Shown here: positions 29,301 through 42,000 of the stretch, in pieces | Numbering within the stretch: position 1 is the stretch's first letter | Layout: each line of letters starts with the position of its first letter | DNA from: Eledone cirrhosa | Taxonomy: Eukaryota | Reading direction: 5' to 3' | Length of the DNA stretch: 64,000 nucleotides | NCBI GenBank assembly: GCA_964016885.1 | Contig: OZ024741.1 | Span: forward strand, 411,990,001-412,054,000 | Translations under genes and position numbers: made by a program | The notes under the pieces: generated by a model | Seen by the model: only the letters and a program-made list of their open reading frames with translations | Database searches by the model: none | What the model was told of the DNA's origin: nothing

Positions 29301-32300
29301 ACATGACCACTTTACAGTGTGGACTGGGTGTTTATTGTTGTGACACCTACATAACCACTTTACAGTGTGGGCTGGGTATTTTTTGTCATGACACCTACAT
29401 GACCACTTTACAGTGTGGACTGGGTACTTTTTGTTGTTATACCTACATGACCACTTTACAGTGTGGACTGGGTGTTTTTTGTTGTGACAGCTACATGACC
29501 ACTTTACAGTGTGGGCTGGGTACATTTTGTTGTGACAGCTACATGAGCACTTTACAGTGTGGACTTGGTGTTTTTTGTTGTGACACCTACATGACCACTT
29601 TACAGTGTGGACTGGGTATTTTTTGTCATGACACCTACATGACCACTTTACAGTGTGGAGTGGGTGTTTTTTGTTGTGACACCTACATGACCACTTTACA
29701 GTGTGGACTGGGTATTTTTTGTCATGACACCTACATGACCACTTTACAGTGTGGACTGGGTGTTTTTTGTTGTGACAGCTACATGACCACTTTACAGTGT
29801 GGGCTGGGTACATTTTGTTGTGACAGCTACATGACCACTTTACAGTGTCGGCTGGGTACATTTTGTTGTGACAGCTACATGACCACTTTACAGTGTGGAC
29901 TGGGTGCCTTTTGTCATGACACCTACATGGCCAATTTACAGTGTAGACTGGGTACTTTTTGTTGTTACACCTACATGACCACTTTACAGTGTGGGCTGGG
30001 TACCTTTTGTTGTGACACCTACATGACCACTTTACAGTGTGGACTGGGTGTTTTTTGTTGTGACACCTACGTGACCACTTTACAGTGTGGACTGTGTGCC
30101 TTTTGTCATGACACCTACATGACCACTTTACAGTGTGGACTGGGTGTTTTTTGTTGTGACACCTACATGACCACTTTACAGTGTGGACTGGGTATTTTTT
30201 GTCATGACACCTACATGACCACTTTACAGTGTGGACTGGGTACTTTTTGTTGTTATACCTACATGACCACTTTACAGTGTGGACTGGGTGTTTTTTGTTG
30301 TGACAGCTACATGACCACTTTACAGTGTGGGCTGGGTACATTCTGTTGTGACAGCTACATGACCACTTTACAGTGTGGACTAGGTGCCTTTTGTCATGAC
30401 ACCTACATGACCACTTTACAGTGTAGACTGGGTGCTTTTTGTCATGACACCTACATGACCACTTTACAGTGTGGACTGGGTGCTTTTTGCCCTGACACCT
30501 ACATGACCACTTTACAGTGTGGACTGGGTGCTCTTTGTCATGACACCTACATGACCACTTTACAGTGTGGACTGGGTGCTTTTTGTCATGACACATACAT
30601 GACCACTTTACAGTGTGGACTGGGTGCTTTTTGTCATGATACCTACATGACTACTTTACAGTGTGGACTGGGTGCTTTTTGTCATGACACCTACATGACC
30701 ACTTTACAGTGTGGAGTGGGTCCTTTTTGTCATGATACCTACATGACTACTTTACAGTGTGGACTGGGTGCTTTTTGTCATGACACCTACATGACTACTT
30801 TACAGAGTGGACTGGGTGCTTTTTGTCATGACACCTACATGACCACTTTACAGTGTGGACTGGGTGTTTTTTGTTGTGACACCTACATGACTACTTTACA
30901 GTGTGGGCTGGGTACTTTTTGTTGTGACACCTACATGACCACTTTACAGTGTGGACTGGGTGTTTTTTGTTGTGACACCTACATGACCACTTTACAGTGT
31001 GGACTGGGTATTTTTTGTCATGACACCTACATGACCACTTTACAGTGTGGACTGGGTACTTTTTGTTGTTATACCTACATGACCACTTTACAGTGTGGAC
31101 TGGGTGTTTTTTGTTGTGACAGCTACATGACCACTTTACAGTGTGGGCTGGGTACATTCTGTTGTGACAGCTACATGACCACTTTACAGTGTGGACTAGG
31201 TGCCTTTTGTCATGACACCTACATTACCACTTTACAGTGTAGACTGGGTGCTTTTTGTCATGACACCTACATGACCACTTTACAGTGTGGACTGGGTGCT
31301 TTTTGCCCTGACACCTACATGACCACTTTACAGTGTGGACTGTGTGCTCTTTGTCATGACACCTACATGACCACTTTACAGTGTGGACTGGGTGCTTTTT
31401 GTCATGACACCTACATGACCACTTTACAGTGTGGACTAGGTGCTTTTTGTCATGATACCTACATGACTACTTTACAGTGTGGACTGGGTGCTTTTTGTCA
31501 TGACACCTACATGACCACTTTACAGTGTGGAGTGGGTCCTTTTTGTCATGATACCTACATGACTACTTTACAGTGTGGACTGGGTGCTTTTTGTCATGAC
31601 ACCTACATGACTACTTTACAGAGTGGACTGGGTGCTTTTTGTCATGACACCTACATGACCACTTTACAGTGTGGACTGGGTGTTTTTTGTTGTGACACCT
31701 ACATGACTACTTTACAGTGTGGGCTGGGTACTTTTTGTTGTGACACCTACATGACCACTTTACAGTGTGGACTGGGTGTTTTTTGTTGTGACACCTACAT
31801 GACCACTTTACAGTGTGGACTGGGTATTTTTTGTCATGACACCTACATGACCACTTTACAGTGTGGACTGGGTACTTTTTGTTGTTATACCTACATGACC
31901 ACTTTACAGTGTGGACTGGGTGTTTTTTGTTGTGACAGCTACATGACCACTTTACAGTGTGGGCTGGGTACATTTTGTTGTGACAGCTACATGACCACTT
32001 TACAGTGTGGACTGGGTGCCTTTTGTCATGACACCTACATGACCACTTTACAGTGTAGACTGGGTACTTTTTGTTGTTACACCTACATGACCACTTTACA
32101 GTGTGGGCTGGGTACCTTTTGTTGTGACACCTAAATGACCACTTTACAGTGTGGACTGGGTGTTTTTTGTTGTGACACCTACATGACCACTTTACAGTGT
32201 GGACTGGGTGCCTTTTGTCATGACACCTACATGACCACTTTACAGTGTGGACTTGGTTTTTTTTTGTTGTGACACCTACATGACCACTTTACAGTGTGGA

Positions 32301-34711
32301 CTGGGTGTTTTTCGTTGTGACACCTACATGACCACTTTACAGTGTGGACTGGGTATTTTTTGTCATGACACCTACATGACCACTTTACAGTGTGGACTGG
32401 GTGTTTTTTGTTGTGACAGCTACATGACCACTTTACAGTGTCGGCTGGGTACATTTTGTTGTGACAGCTACATGACCACTTTACAGTGTGGACTGGGTGC
32501 CTTTTGTCAGGACACCTACATGACCACTTTACAGTGTGGACTGGGTACTTTTTGTTGTTATACCTACTTGACCACTTTACAGTGTGGACTGGGTGCTTTT
32601 TGTCATGACACCTACATGACCACTTTACAGTGTGGACTGGGTGCTTTTTGTCATGATACCTACATGACTACTTTACAGTGTGGACTGGGTGCTTTTTGTC
32701 ATGACACCTACATGACCACTTTACAGTGTGGAGTGGGTCCTTTTTGTCATGATACCTACATGACTACTTTACAGTGTGGACTGGGTGCTTTTTGTCATGA
32801 CACCTACATGACTACTTTACAGAGTGGACTGGGTGCTTTTTGTCATGACACCTACATGACCACTTTACAGTGTGGACTGGGTGTTTTTTGTTGTGACACC
32901 TACATGACTACTTTACAGTGTGGGCTGGGTACTTTTTGTTGTGACACCTACATGACCACTTTACAGTGTGGACTGGGTGTTTTTTGTTGTGACACCTACA
33001 TGACCACTTTACAGTGTGGACTGGGTATTTTTTGTCATGACACCTACATGACCACTTTACAGTGTGGACTGGGTACTTTTTGTTGTTATACCTACATGAC
33101 CACTTTACAGTGTGGACTGGGTGTTTTTTGTTGTGACAGCTACATGACCACTTTACAGTGTGGGCTGGGTACATTTTGTTGTGACAGCTACATGACCACT
33201 TTACAGTGTGGACTGGGTGCCTTTTGTCATGACACCTACATGACCACTTTACAGTGTAGACTGGGTACTTTTTGTTGTTACACCTACATGACCACTTTAC
33301 AGTGTGGGCTGGGTACCTTTTGTTGTGACACCTAAATGACCACTTTACAGTGTGGACTGGGTGTTTTTTGTTGTGACACCTACATGACCACTTTACAGTG
33401 TGGACTGGGTGCCTTTTGTCATGACACCTACATGACCACTTTACAGTGTGGACTTGGTTTTTTTTTGTTGTGACACCTACATGACCACTTTACAGTGTGG
33501 ACTTGGTTTTTTTTCGTTGTGACACCTACATGACCACTTTACAGTGTGGACTGGGTATTTTTTGTCATGACACCTACATGACCACTTTACAGTGTGGACT
33601 GGGTATTTTTTGTCATGACACCTACATGACCACTTTACAGTGTGGACTGGGTGTTTTTTGTTGTGACAGCTACATGACCACTTTACAGTGTCGGCTGGGT
33701 ACATTTTGTTGTGACAGCTACATGACCACTTTACAGTGTGGACTGGGTGCCTTTTGTCAGGACACCTACATGACCACTTTACAGTGTAGACTGGGTACTT
33801 TTTGTTGTTACACCTACATGACCACTTTACAGTGTGGGCTGGGTACCTTTTGTTGTGACACCTACATGACCACTTTACAGTGTGGACTGGGTGTTTTTTG
33901 TTGTGACACCTACATGACCACTTTACAGTGTGGACTGGGTGTTTTTTGTTGTGACACCTACATGACCACTTTACAGTGTGGACTGGGTATTTTTTGTCAT
34001 GACACCTACATGACCACTTTACAGTGTGGACTGGGTACTTTTTGTTGTTATACCTACTTGACCACTTTACAGTGTGGACTGGGTGTTTTTTGTTGTGACA
34101 GCTACATGACCACTTTACAGTGTGGGCTGGGTACATTCTGTTGTGACAGCTACATGACCACTTTACAGTGTGGACTGGGTGCCTTTTGTCATGACACCTA
34201 CATGACCACTTTACAGTGTAGACTGGGTACTTTTTGTTGTTACACCTACATGACCACTTTACAGTGTGGGCTGGGTACCTTTTGTTGTGACACCTACATA
34301 ACCACTTTACAGTGTGGACTGGGTGTTTTTTGTTGTGACACCTACATGACCACTTTACAGTGTGGGCTGGGTACATTTTGTTGTGACAGCTACATGACCA
34401 CTTTACAGTGTGGACTGGGTGCCTTTTGTCATGACACCTACATGACCACTTTACAGTGTAGACTGGGTACTTTTTGTTGTGACACCTACACGACCACTTT
34501 ACAGTGTGGACTGGGTACTTTTTGTTGTTACACCTACATGACGACTTTACAGTGTGGGCTGGGTACATTTTGTTGTGACAGCTACATGACCACTTTACAG
34601 TGTGGACTGGATGCCTTTTGTCATGACACCTACATGACCACTTTACAGTGTAGACTGGGTACCTTTTGTTGTGACACCTACATAACCACTTTACAGTGTG
34701 GACTGGGTACT
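23331..34711. repeat. Satellite B: 48-bp tandem array, consensus ATGACCACTTTACAGTGTGGACTGGGTGCTTTTTGTCATGACACCTAC, about 237 copies
   Basis: Period of 48 read directly (16-aa periodicity in the ORF track). Occasional 1-bp indels and one partial unit near 26055. Confidence 0.98.
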
Positions 34712-34785
34712 TCACCATGTCAAATTCCCCAATACTTGGTCACACCACTGTAGGCGCCAGAGAACCATTAGGTGTGTCAGGGGCA

Positions 34786-34890
34786 TGACAACCTCTCTCG
34801 TGTTGGTGACCTACAGGATAAATGAGCGCCCAGTACACTCTGTAAAGTGGTTGGTGAAAGGAAGGGGATCTAGATATAGAAAACTTGCCA
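34786..34890 (+). mobile_element. SINE/RTE 5'-region fragment, inverted relative to satellite B
   Basis: GACAACCTCTCTCGTGTTGGTG..GCGCCCAGTACACTCTGTAAAGTGGTTGGTGAAAGGAAGGGGATC aligns by eye to 53369-53450. Confidence 0.7.
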
Positions 34891-35068
34891 ACTCACACAT
34901 AGGATCACAAGGACTTTTCAGGTGTGTCAAAACTATAACAATTTCCTGAGTGTTCGTAACACATTAAAATGACTCTGGTATAGTGTACAAGAGGGTATGT
35001 TTGGCCCCCAGCCCACTCAGAGGGCAGAAACTCTGCTTCAGTACAGACATTATATGATGATAATGATG

Positions 35069-35126
35069 GCCCAGTGTGCTGTGCAATGGATTTGAACCAT
35101 ACATTGTTGTCGAGCAAGTTTCTTAA
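35069..35126 (-). mobile_element. Degenerate tRNA-derived SINE head
   Basis: The minus strand reads TTAAGAAACTTGCTCGACAACAATGTATGGTTCAAATCCATTGCACAGCACACTGGGC, with a B-box-like GGTTCAAATCC. It is cut at its TTAA by the adjacent MITE. Confidence 0.5.
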
Positions 35127-35694
35127 CCCTTTTCCATTTACATTACTCTATATATACTATTGTATTGTCACAGTAAAGGCTATACCCCACATAATATCTC
35201 ACATAACATTTACATTACTCTATATACACTATTGTATTGTCACAGTAAAGGCTTTACCCCACATAATATCTCACATAACATTTACATTACTCTATATATA
35301 CTATTGTATTGTCACAGTAAAGGCTTTACCTCACATAATATCTCACATAACATTTACATTACTCTATATATACTATTGTATTTTCACAGTAAAGGTTTTA
35401 CCTCACATAATATCTCACATAACATTTACATTACTCTATATATACTATTGTATTTTCACAGTAAATGTTTTACCTCACATAATATCTCACATAACATTTA
35501 CATTACTCTATATACACTATTGTATTGTCACAGTAAAGGCTTTACCTCACTTAATATCGAATCTATGAGATTTTGATATTGTTTATTTTGAGAACAATAC
35601 CTTAACATCAGTATAAGTGGCCAGTTACGGCTGGTTTGAACAGAAAGAGGTGAGAGAATTCTGGCTGGATACGGCTGGTTTAAATCCTAAGGGG
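35127..35694. mobile_element. Second piggyBac-like MITE (MITE B) with an internal tandem expansion
   Basis: TTAA at 35123-35126 and 35695-35698. Left end CCCTTTTCCATTTA versus right-end reverse complement CCCCTTAGGATTTA (10/14). Confidence 0.72.
35137..35558. repeat. 72-bp tandem repeat, about 5.9 copies, inside MITE B
   Basis: TTTACATTACTC recurs at 35137, 35209, 35281, 35353, 35425 and 35497. Confidence 0.95.
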
Positions 35695-35749
35695 TTAAAA
35701 ACCTGCAGATTTAACCCATATATGAACCAATAGTCAATCACAAAATAAA

Positions 35750-35973
35750 CGCACACACACAGACCCCCCCCCCGCACCACCACCACACACACATACAACA
35801 CCCCTGCCCACACCCTCAGACAACACCACTCCCCCCACACACAGACAACCCCCCATACCACCACAGCCCCACACATAGACAACTCCCCTCCACACACAAA
35901 CAAAACCACACACACACACACACACAGACAAAACCACACACACAGACAGACAAAACCATACACACACACACAC
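35750..35973. repeat. Degenerate CA/C-rich low-complexity tract
   Basis: Interrupted (CA)n and C runs seen directly. Confidence 0.85.
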
Positions 35974-36098
35974 TGTGGTAGTTTGAAAGTATCTAGTTAG
36001 TATTATTATTACATAACCCTTCACTAAAACAGAAAGATATTTGAAATATTCAGTGGAAACTTGAGAGAATAATCTATCATAGGTGGGATTGGTAGATA

Positions 36099-39000
36099 TA
36101 GCTTACTACTGTAGAGCCTTGGCCTCCATAGGGCAGTATCTAGCTTACTACTGTAGAGCCTTGGCTTTCATAGGGCAGTATCTAGCTTACTACTGTAGGG
36201 CCTTGGCCTCCATAGGGCAGTATCTAGCTTACTACTGTAGGGCCTTGGCTTTCATAGGGCAGTATCTAGCTTACTACTGTAGAGCCTTGGCCTCCATAGG
36301 GCAGTATCTAGCTTACTACTGTAGAGCCTTGGCCTCCATAGGGCAGTATCTAGCTTACTACTGTAGAGCCTTGGCCTCCATAGGGCAGTATCTAGCTTAC
36401 TACTGTAGAGCCTTGGCCTCCATAGGGCAGTATCTAGCTTACTACTGTAGAGCCTTGGCCTCCATAGGGCAGTATCTAGCTTACTACTGTAGAGCCTTGG
36501 CCTCCATAGGGCAGTATCTAGCTTACTACTGTAGAGCCTTGGCTTTCATAGGGCAGTATCTAGCTTACTACTGTAGAGCCTTGGCCTCCATAGGGCAGTA
36601 TCTAGCTTACTACTGTAGGGCCTTGGCTTTCATAGGGCAGTATCTAGCTTACTACTGTAGGGCCTTGGCCTCCATAGGGCAGTATCTAGCTTACTACTGT
36701 AGGGCCTTGGCCTCCATAGGGCAGTATCTAGCTTACTACTGTAGAGCCTTGGCCTCCATAGGGCAGTATCTAGCTTACTACTGTAGGGCCTTGGCCTTCA
36801 TAGGGCAGTATCTAGCTTACTACTGTAGGGCCTTGGCCTTCATAGGGCAGTATCTAGCTTACTACTGTAGGGCCTTGGCCTTCATAGGGCAGTATCTAGC
36901 TTACTACTGTAGGGCCTTGGCCTCCATAGGGCAGTATCTAGCTTACTACTGTAGAGCCTTGGCCTCCATAGGGCAGTATCTAGCTTACTACTGTAGGGCC
37001 TTGGCCTTCATAGGGCAGTATCTAGCTTACTACTGTAGGGCCTTGGCCTTCATAGGGCAGTATCTAGCTTACTACTGTAGGGCCTTGGCCTTCATAGGGC
37101 AGTATCTAGCTTACTACTGTAGGGCCTTGGCCTCCATAGGGCAGTATCTAGCTTACTACTGTAGAGCCTTGGCTTTCATAGGGCAGCATCTAGCTTACTA
37201 CTGTAGGGCCTTGGCCTCCATAGGGCAGTATCTAGCTTACTACTGTAGGGCCTTGGCCTCCATAGGGCAGTATCTAGCTTACTACTGTAGAGCCTTGGCC
37301 TCCATAGGGCAGTATCTAGCTTACTACTGTAGAGCCTTGGCCTCCATAGGGCAGTATCTAGCTTACTACTGTAGAGCCTTGGCTTTCATAGGGCAGTATC
37401 TAGCTTACTACTGTAGAGCCTTGGCTTTCATAGGGCAGTATCTACCTTACTACTGTAGAGCCTTGGCCTCCATAGGGCAGTATCTAGCTTACTACTGTAG
37501 GGCCTTGGCCTCCATAGGGCAGTATCTAGCTTACTACTGTAGAGCCTTGGCTTTCATAGGGCAGTATCTAGCTTACTACTGTAGGGCCTTGGCTTTCATA
37601 GGGCAGTATCTAGCTTACTACTGTAGAGCCTTGGCCTCCATAGGGCAGTATCTAGCTTACTACTGTAGGGCCTTGGCCTCCATAGGGCAGTATCTAGCTT
37701 ACTACTGTAGGGCCTTGGCCTCCATAGGGCAGTATCTAGCTTACTACTGTAGAGCCTTGGCCTCCATAGGGCAGTATCTAGCTTACTACTGTAGAGCCTT
37801 GGCCTCCATAGGGCAGTATCTAGCTTACTACTGTAGAGCCTTGGCCTCCATAGGGCAGTATCTAGCTTACTACTGTAGAGCCTTGGCTTTCATAGGGCAG
37901 TATCTAGCTTACTACTGTAGAGCCTTGGCCTCCATAGGGCAGCATCTAGCTTACTACTGTAGAGCCTTGGCCTCCATAGGGCAGCATCTAGCTTACTACT
38001 GTAGAGCCTTGGCCTCCATAGGGCAGCATCTAGCTTACTACTGTAGGGCCTTGGCTTTCATAGGGCAGTATCTAGCTTACTACTGTAGAGCCTTGGCCTC
38101 CATAGGGCAGTATCTAGCTTACTACTGTAGGGCCTTGGCCTCCATAGGGCAGTATCTAGCTTACTACTGTAGGGCCTTGGCCTCCATAGGGCAGTATCTA
38201 GCTTACTACTGTAGGGCCTTGGCTTTCATAGGGCAGCATCTAGCTTACTACTGTAGGGCCTTGGCTTTCATAGGGCAGCATCTAGCTTACTACTGTAGGG
38301 CCTTGGCTTTCATAGGGCAGTATCTAGCTTACTACTGTAGAGCCTTGGCCTCCATAGGGCAGTATCTAGCTTACTACTGTAGGGCCTTGGCCTCCATAGG
38401 GCAGTATCTAGCTTACTACTGTAGGGCCTTGGCCTCCATAGGGCAGTATCTAGCTTACTACTGTAGGGCCTTGGCCTCCATAGGGCAGTATCTAGCTTAC
38501 TACTGTAGGGCCTTGGCTTTCATAGGGCAGTATCTAGCTTACTACTGTAGAGCCTTGGCCTCCATAGGGCAGTATCTAGCTTACTACTGTAGGGCCTTGG
38601 CCTCCATAGGGCAGTATCTAGCTTACTACTGTAGGGCCTTGGCCTCCATAGGGCAGTATCTAGCTTACTACTGTAGGGCCTTGGCTTTCATAGGGCAGTA
38701 TCTAGCTTACTACTGTAGAGCCTTGGCCTCCAAAGGGCAGTATCTAGCTTACTACTGTAGAGCCTTGGCCTCCATAGGAAAGTATCTAGCTTACTACTGT
38801 AGAGCCTTGGCCTCCATAGGGCAGTATCTAGCTTACTACTGTAGGGCCTTGGCCTCCATAGGGCAGTATCTAGCTTACTACTGTAGGGCCTTGGCCTCCA
38901 TAGGGCAGTATCTAGCTTACTACTGTAGGGCCTTGGCCTCCATAGGGCAGTATCTAGCTTACTACTGTAGAGCCTTGGCCTCCATAGGGCAGTATCTAGC

Positions 39001-42000
39001 TTACTACTGTAGGGCCTTGGCCTCCATAGGGCAGTATCTAGCTTACTACTGTAGGGCCTTGGCCTCCATAGGGCAGTATCTAGCTTACTACTGTAGGGCC
39101 TTGGCCTCCATAGGGCAGTATCTAGCTTACTACTGTAGGGCCTTGGCTTTCATAGGGCAGTATCTAGCTTACTACTGTAGGGCCTTGGCCTCCATAGGGC
39201 AGTATCTAGCTTACTACTGTAGGGCCTTGGCTTTCATAGGGCAGCATCTAGCTTACTACTGTAGGGCCTTGGCCTCCATAGGGCAGTATCTAGCTTACTA
39301 CTGTAGGGCCTTGGCTTTCATAGGGCAGTATCTAGCTTACTACTGTAGGGCCTTGGCCTCCATAGGGCAGTATCTAGCTTACTACTGTAGAGCCTTGGCC
39401 TCCATAGGGCAGTATCTAGCTTACTACTGTAGAGCCTTGGCCTCCATAGGGCAGTATCTAGCTTACTACTGTAGGGCCTTGGCTTTCATAGGGCAGTATC
39501 TAGCTTACTACTGTAGGGCCTTGGCCTCCATAGGGCAGTATCTAGCTTACTACTGTAGAGCCTTGGCCTCCATAGGGCAGTATCTAGCTTACTACTGTAG
39601 AGCCTTGGCCTCCATAGGGCAGTATCTAGCTTACTACTTTAGGGCCTTGGCTTTCATAGGGCAGTATCTAGCTTACTACTGTAGGGCCTTGGCCTCCATA
39701 GGGCAGTATCTAGCTTACTACTGTAGAGCCTTGGCCTCCATAGGGCAGTATCTAGCTTACTACTGTAGGGCCTTGGCCTCCATAGGGCAGTATCTAGCTC
39801 ACTACTGTAGGGCCTTGGCCTCCATAGGGCAGTATCTAGCTTACTACTGTAGGGCCTTGGCCTCCATAGGGCAGTATCTAGCTTACTACTGTAGAGCCTT
39901 GGCCTCCATAGGGCAGTATCTAGCTTACTACTGTAGGGCCTTGGCCTCCATAGGGCAGTATCTAGCTTACTACTGTAGGGCCTTGGCCTCCATAGGGCAG
40001 TATCTAGCTTACTACTGTAGAGCCTTGGCCTCCATAGGGCAGTATCTAGCTTACTACTGTAGGGCCTTGGCCTCCATAGGGCAGTATCTAGCTTACTACT
40101 GTAGAGCCTTGGCCTCCATAGGGCAGTATCTAGCTTACTACTGTAGGGCCTTGGCCTCCATAGGGCAGTATCTAGCTTACTACTGTAGGGCCTTGGCTTT
40201 CATAGGGCAGTATCTAGCTTACTACTGTAGGGCCTTGGCCTCCATAGGGCAGTATCTAGCTTACTACTGTAGGGCCTTGGCCTCCATAGGGCAGTATCTA
40301 GCTTACTACTGTAGGGCCTTGGCCTCCATAGGGCAGTATCTAGCTTACTACTGTAGGGCCTTGGCTTTCATAGGGCAGTATCTAGCTTACTACTGTAGGG
40401 CCTTGGCCTCCATAGGGCAGTATCTAGCTTACTACTGTAGAGCCTTGGCCTCCATAGGGCAGTATCTAGCTTACTACTGTAGAGCCTTGGCCTCCATAGG
40501 GCAGTATCTAGCTTACTACTGTAGGGCCTTGGCTTTCATAGGGCAGTATCTAGCTTACTACTGTAGGGCCTTGGCCTCCATAGGGCAGTATCTAGCTTAC
40601 TACTGTAGGGCCTTGGCCTCCATAGGGCAGTATCTAGCTTACTACTGTAGAGCCTTGGCTTTCATAGGGCAGTATCTAGCTTACTACTGTAGGGCCTTGG
40701 CCTCCATAGGGCAGTATCTAGCTTACTACTGTAGGGCCTTGGCCTCCATAGGGCAGTATCTAGCTTACTACTGTAGAGCCTTGGCCTCCATAGGGCAGTA
40801 TCTAGCTTACTACTGTAGGGCCTTGGCTTTCATAGGGCAGCATCTAGCTTACTACTGTAGGGCCTTGGCCTCCATAGGGCAGTATCTAGCTTACTACTGT
40901 AGAGCCTTGGCCTCCATAGGGCAGTATCTAGCTTACTACTGTAGGGCCTTGGCCTCCATAGGGCAGTATCTAGCTTACTACTGTAGGGCCTTGGCCTCCA
41001 TAGGGCAGTATCTAGCTTACTACTGTAGGGCCTTGGCCTCCATAGGGCAGTATCTAGCTTACTATTGTAGAGCCTTGGCCTCCATAGGGCAGTATCTAGC
41101 TTACTACTGTAGGGCCTTGGCCTCCATAGGGCAGTATCTAGCTTACTACTGTAGAGCCTTGGCCTCCATAGGGCAGTATCTAGCTTACTACTGTAGGGCC
41201 TTGGCCTCCATAGGGCAGTATCTAGCTTACTACTGTAGAGCCTTGGCCTCCATAGGGCAGTATCTAGCTTACTACTGTAGGGCCTTGGCCTCCATAGGGC
41301 AGTATCTAGCTTACTACTGTAGAGCCTTGGCCTCCATAGGGCAGTATCTAGCTTACTACTGTAGGGCCTTGGCCTCCATAGGGCAGTATCTAGCTTACTA
41401 CTGTAGGGCCTTGGCTTTCATAGGGCAGTATCTAGCTTACTACTGTAGAGCCTTGGCCTCCATAGGGCAGTATCTAGCTTACTACTGTAGAGCCTTGGCT
41501 TTCATAGGGCAGTATCTAGCTTACTACTGTAGAGCCTTGGCCTCCATAGGGCAGTATCTAGCTTACTACTGTAGAGCCTTGGCTTTCATAGGGCAGTATC
41601 TAGCTTACTACTGTAGAGCCTTGGCCTCCATAGGGCAGTATCTAGCTTACTACTGTAGAGCCTTGGCTTTCATAGGGCAGTATCTAGCTTACTACTGTAG
41701 GGCCTTGGCTTTCATAGGGCAGTATCTAGCTTACTACTGTAGGGCCTTGGCCTCCATAGGGCAGTATCTAGCTTACTACTGTAGAGCCTTGGCCTCCATA
41801 GGGCAGTATCTAGCTTACTACTGTAGAGCCTTGGCTTTCATAGGGCAGTATCTAGCTTACTACTGTAGAGCCTTGGCCTCCATAGGGCAGTATCTAGCTT
41901 ACTACTGTAGAGCCTTGGCTTTCATAGGGCAGTATCTAGCTTACTACTGTAGAGCCTTGGCCTCCATAGGGCAGTATCTAGCTTACTACTGTAGAGCCTT

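Noticed and set aside
23371-34753. Metallothionein or zinc-finger gene call for the MTTLQCG repeat ORFs
   Set aside because: The unit derives from non-coding SINE/RTE sequence, frameshifts and stops are propagated, and openness follows from a stop-free 48-bp unit.
35074-35576. Hydrophobic 24-aa repeat ORFs
   Set aside because: They are translations of the 72-bp repeat inside a MITE.
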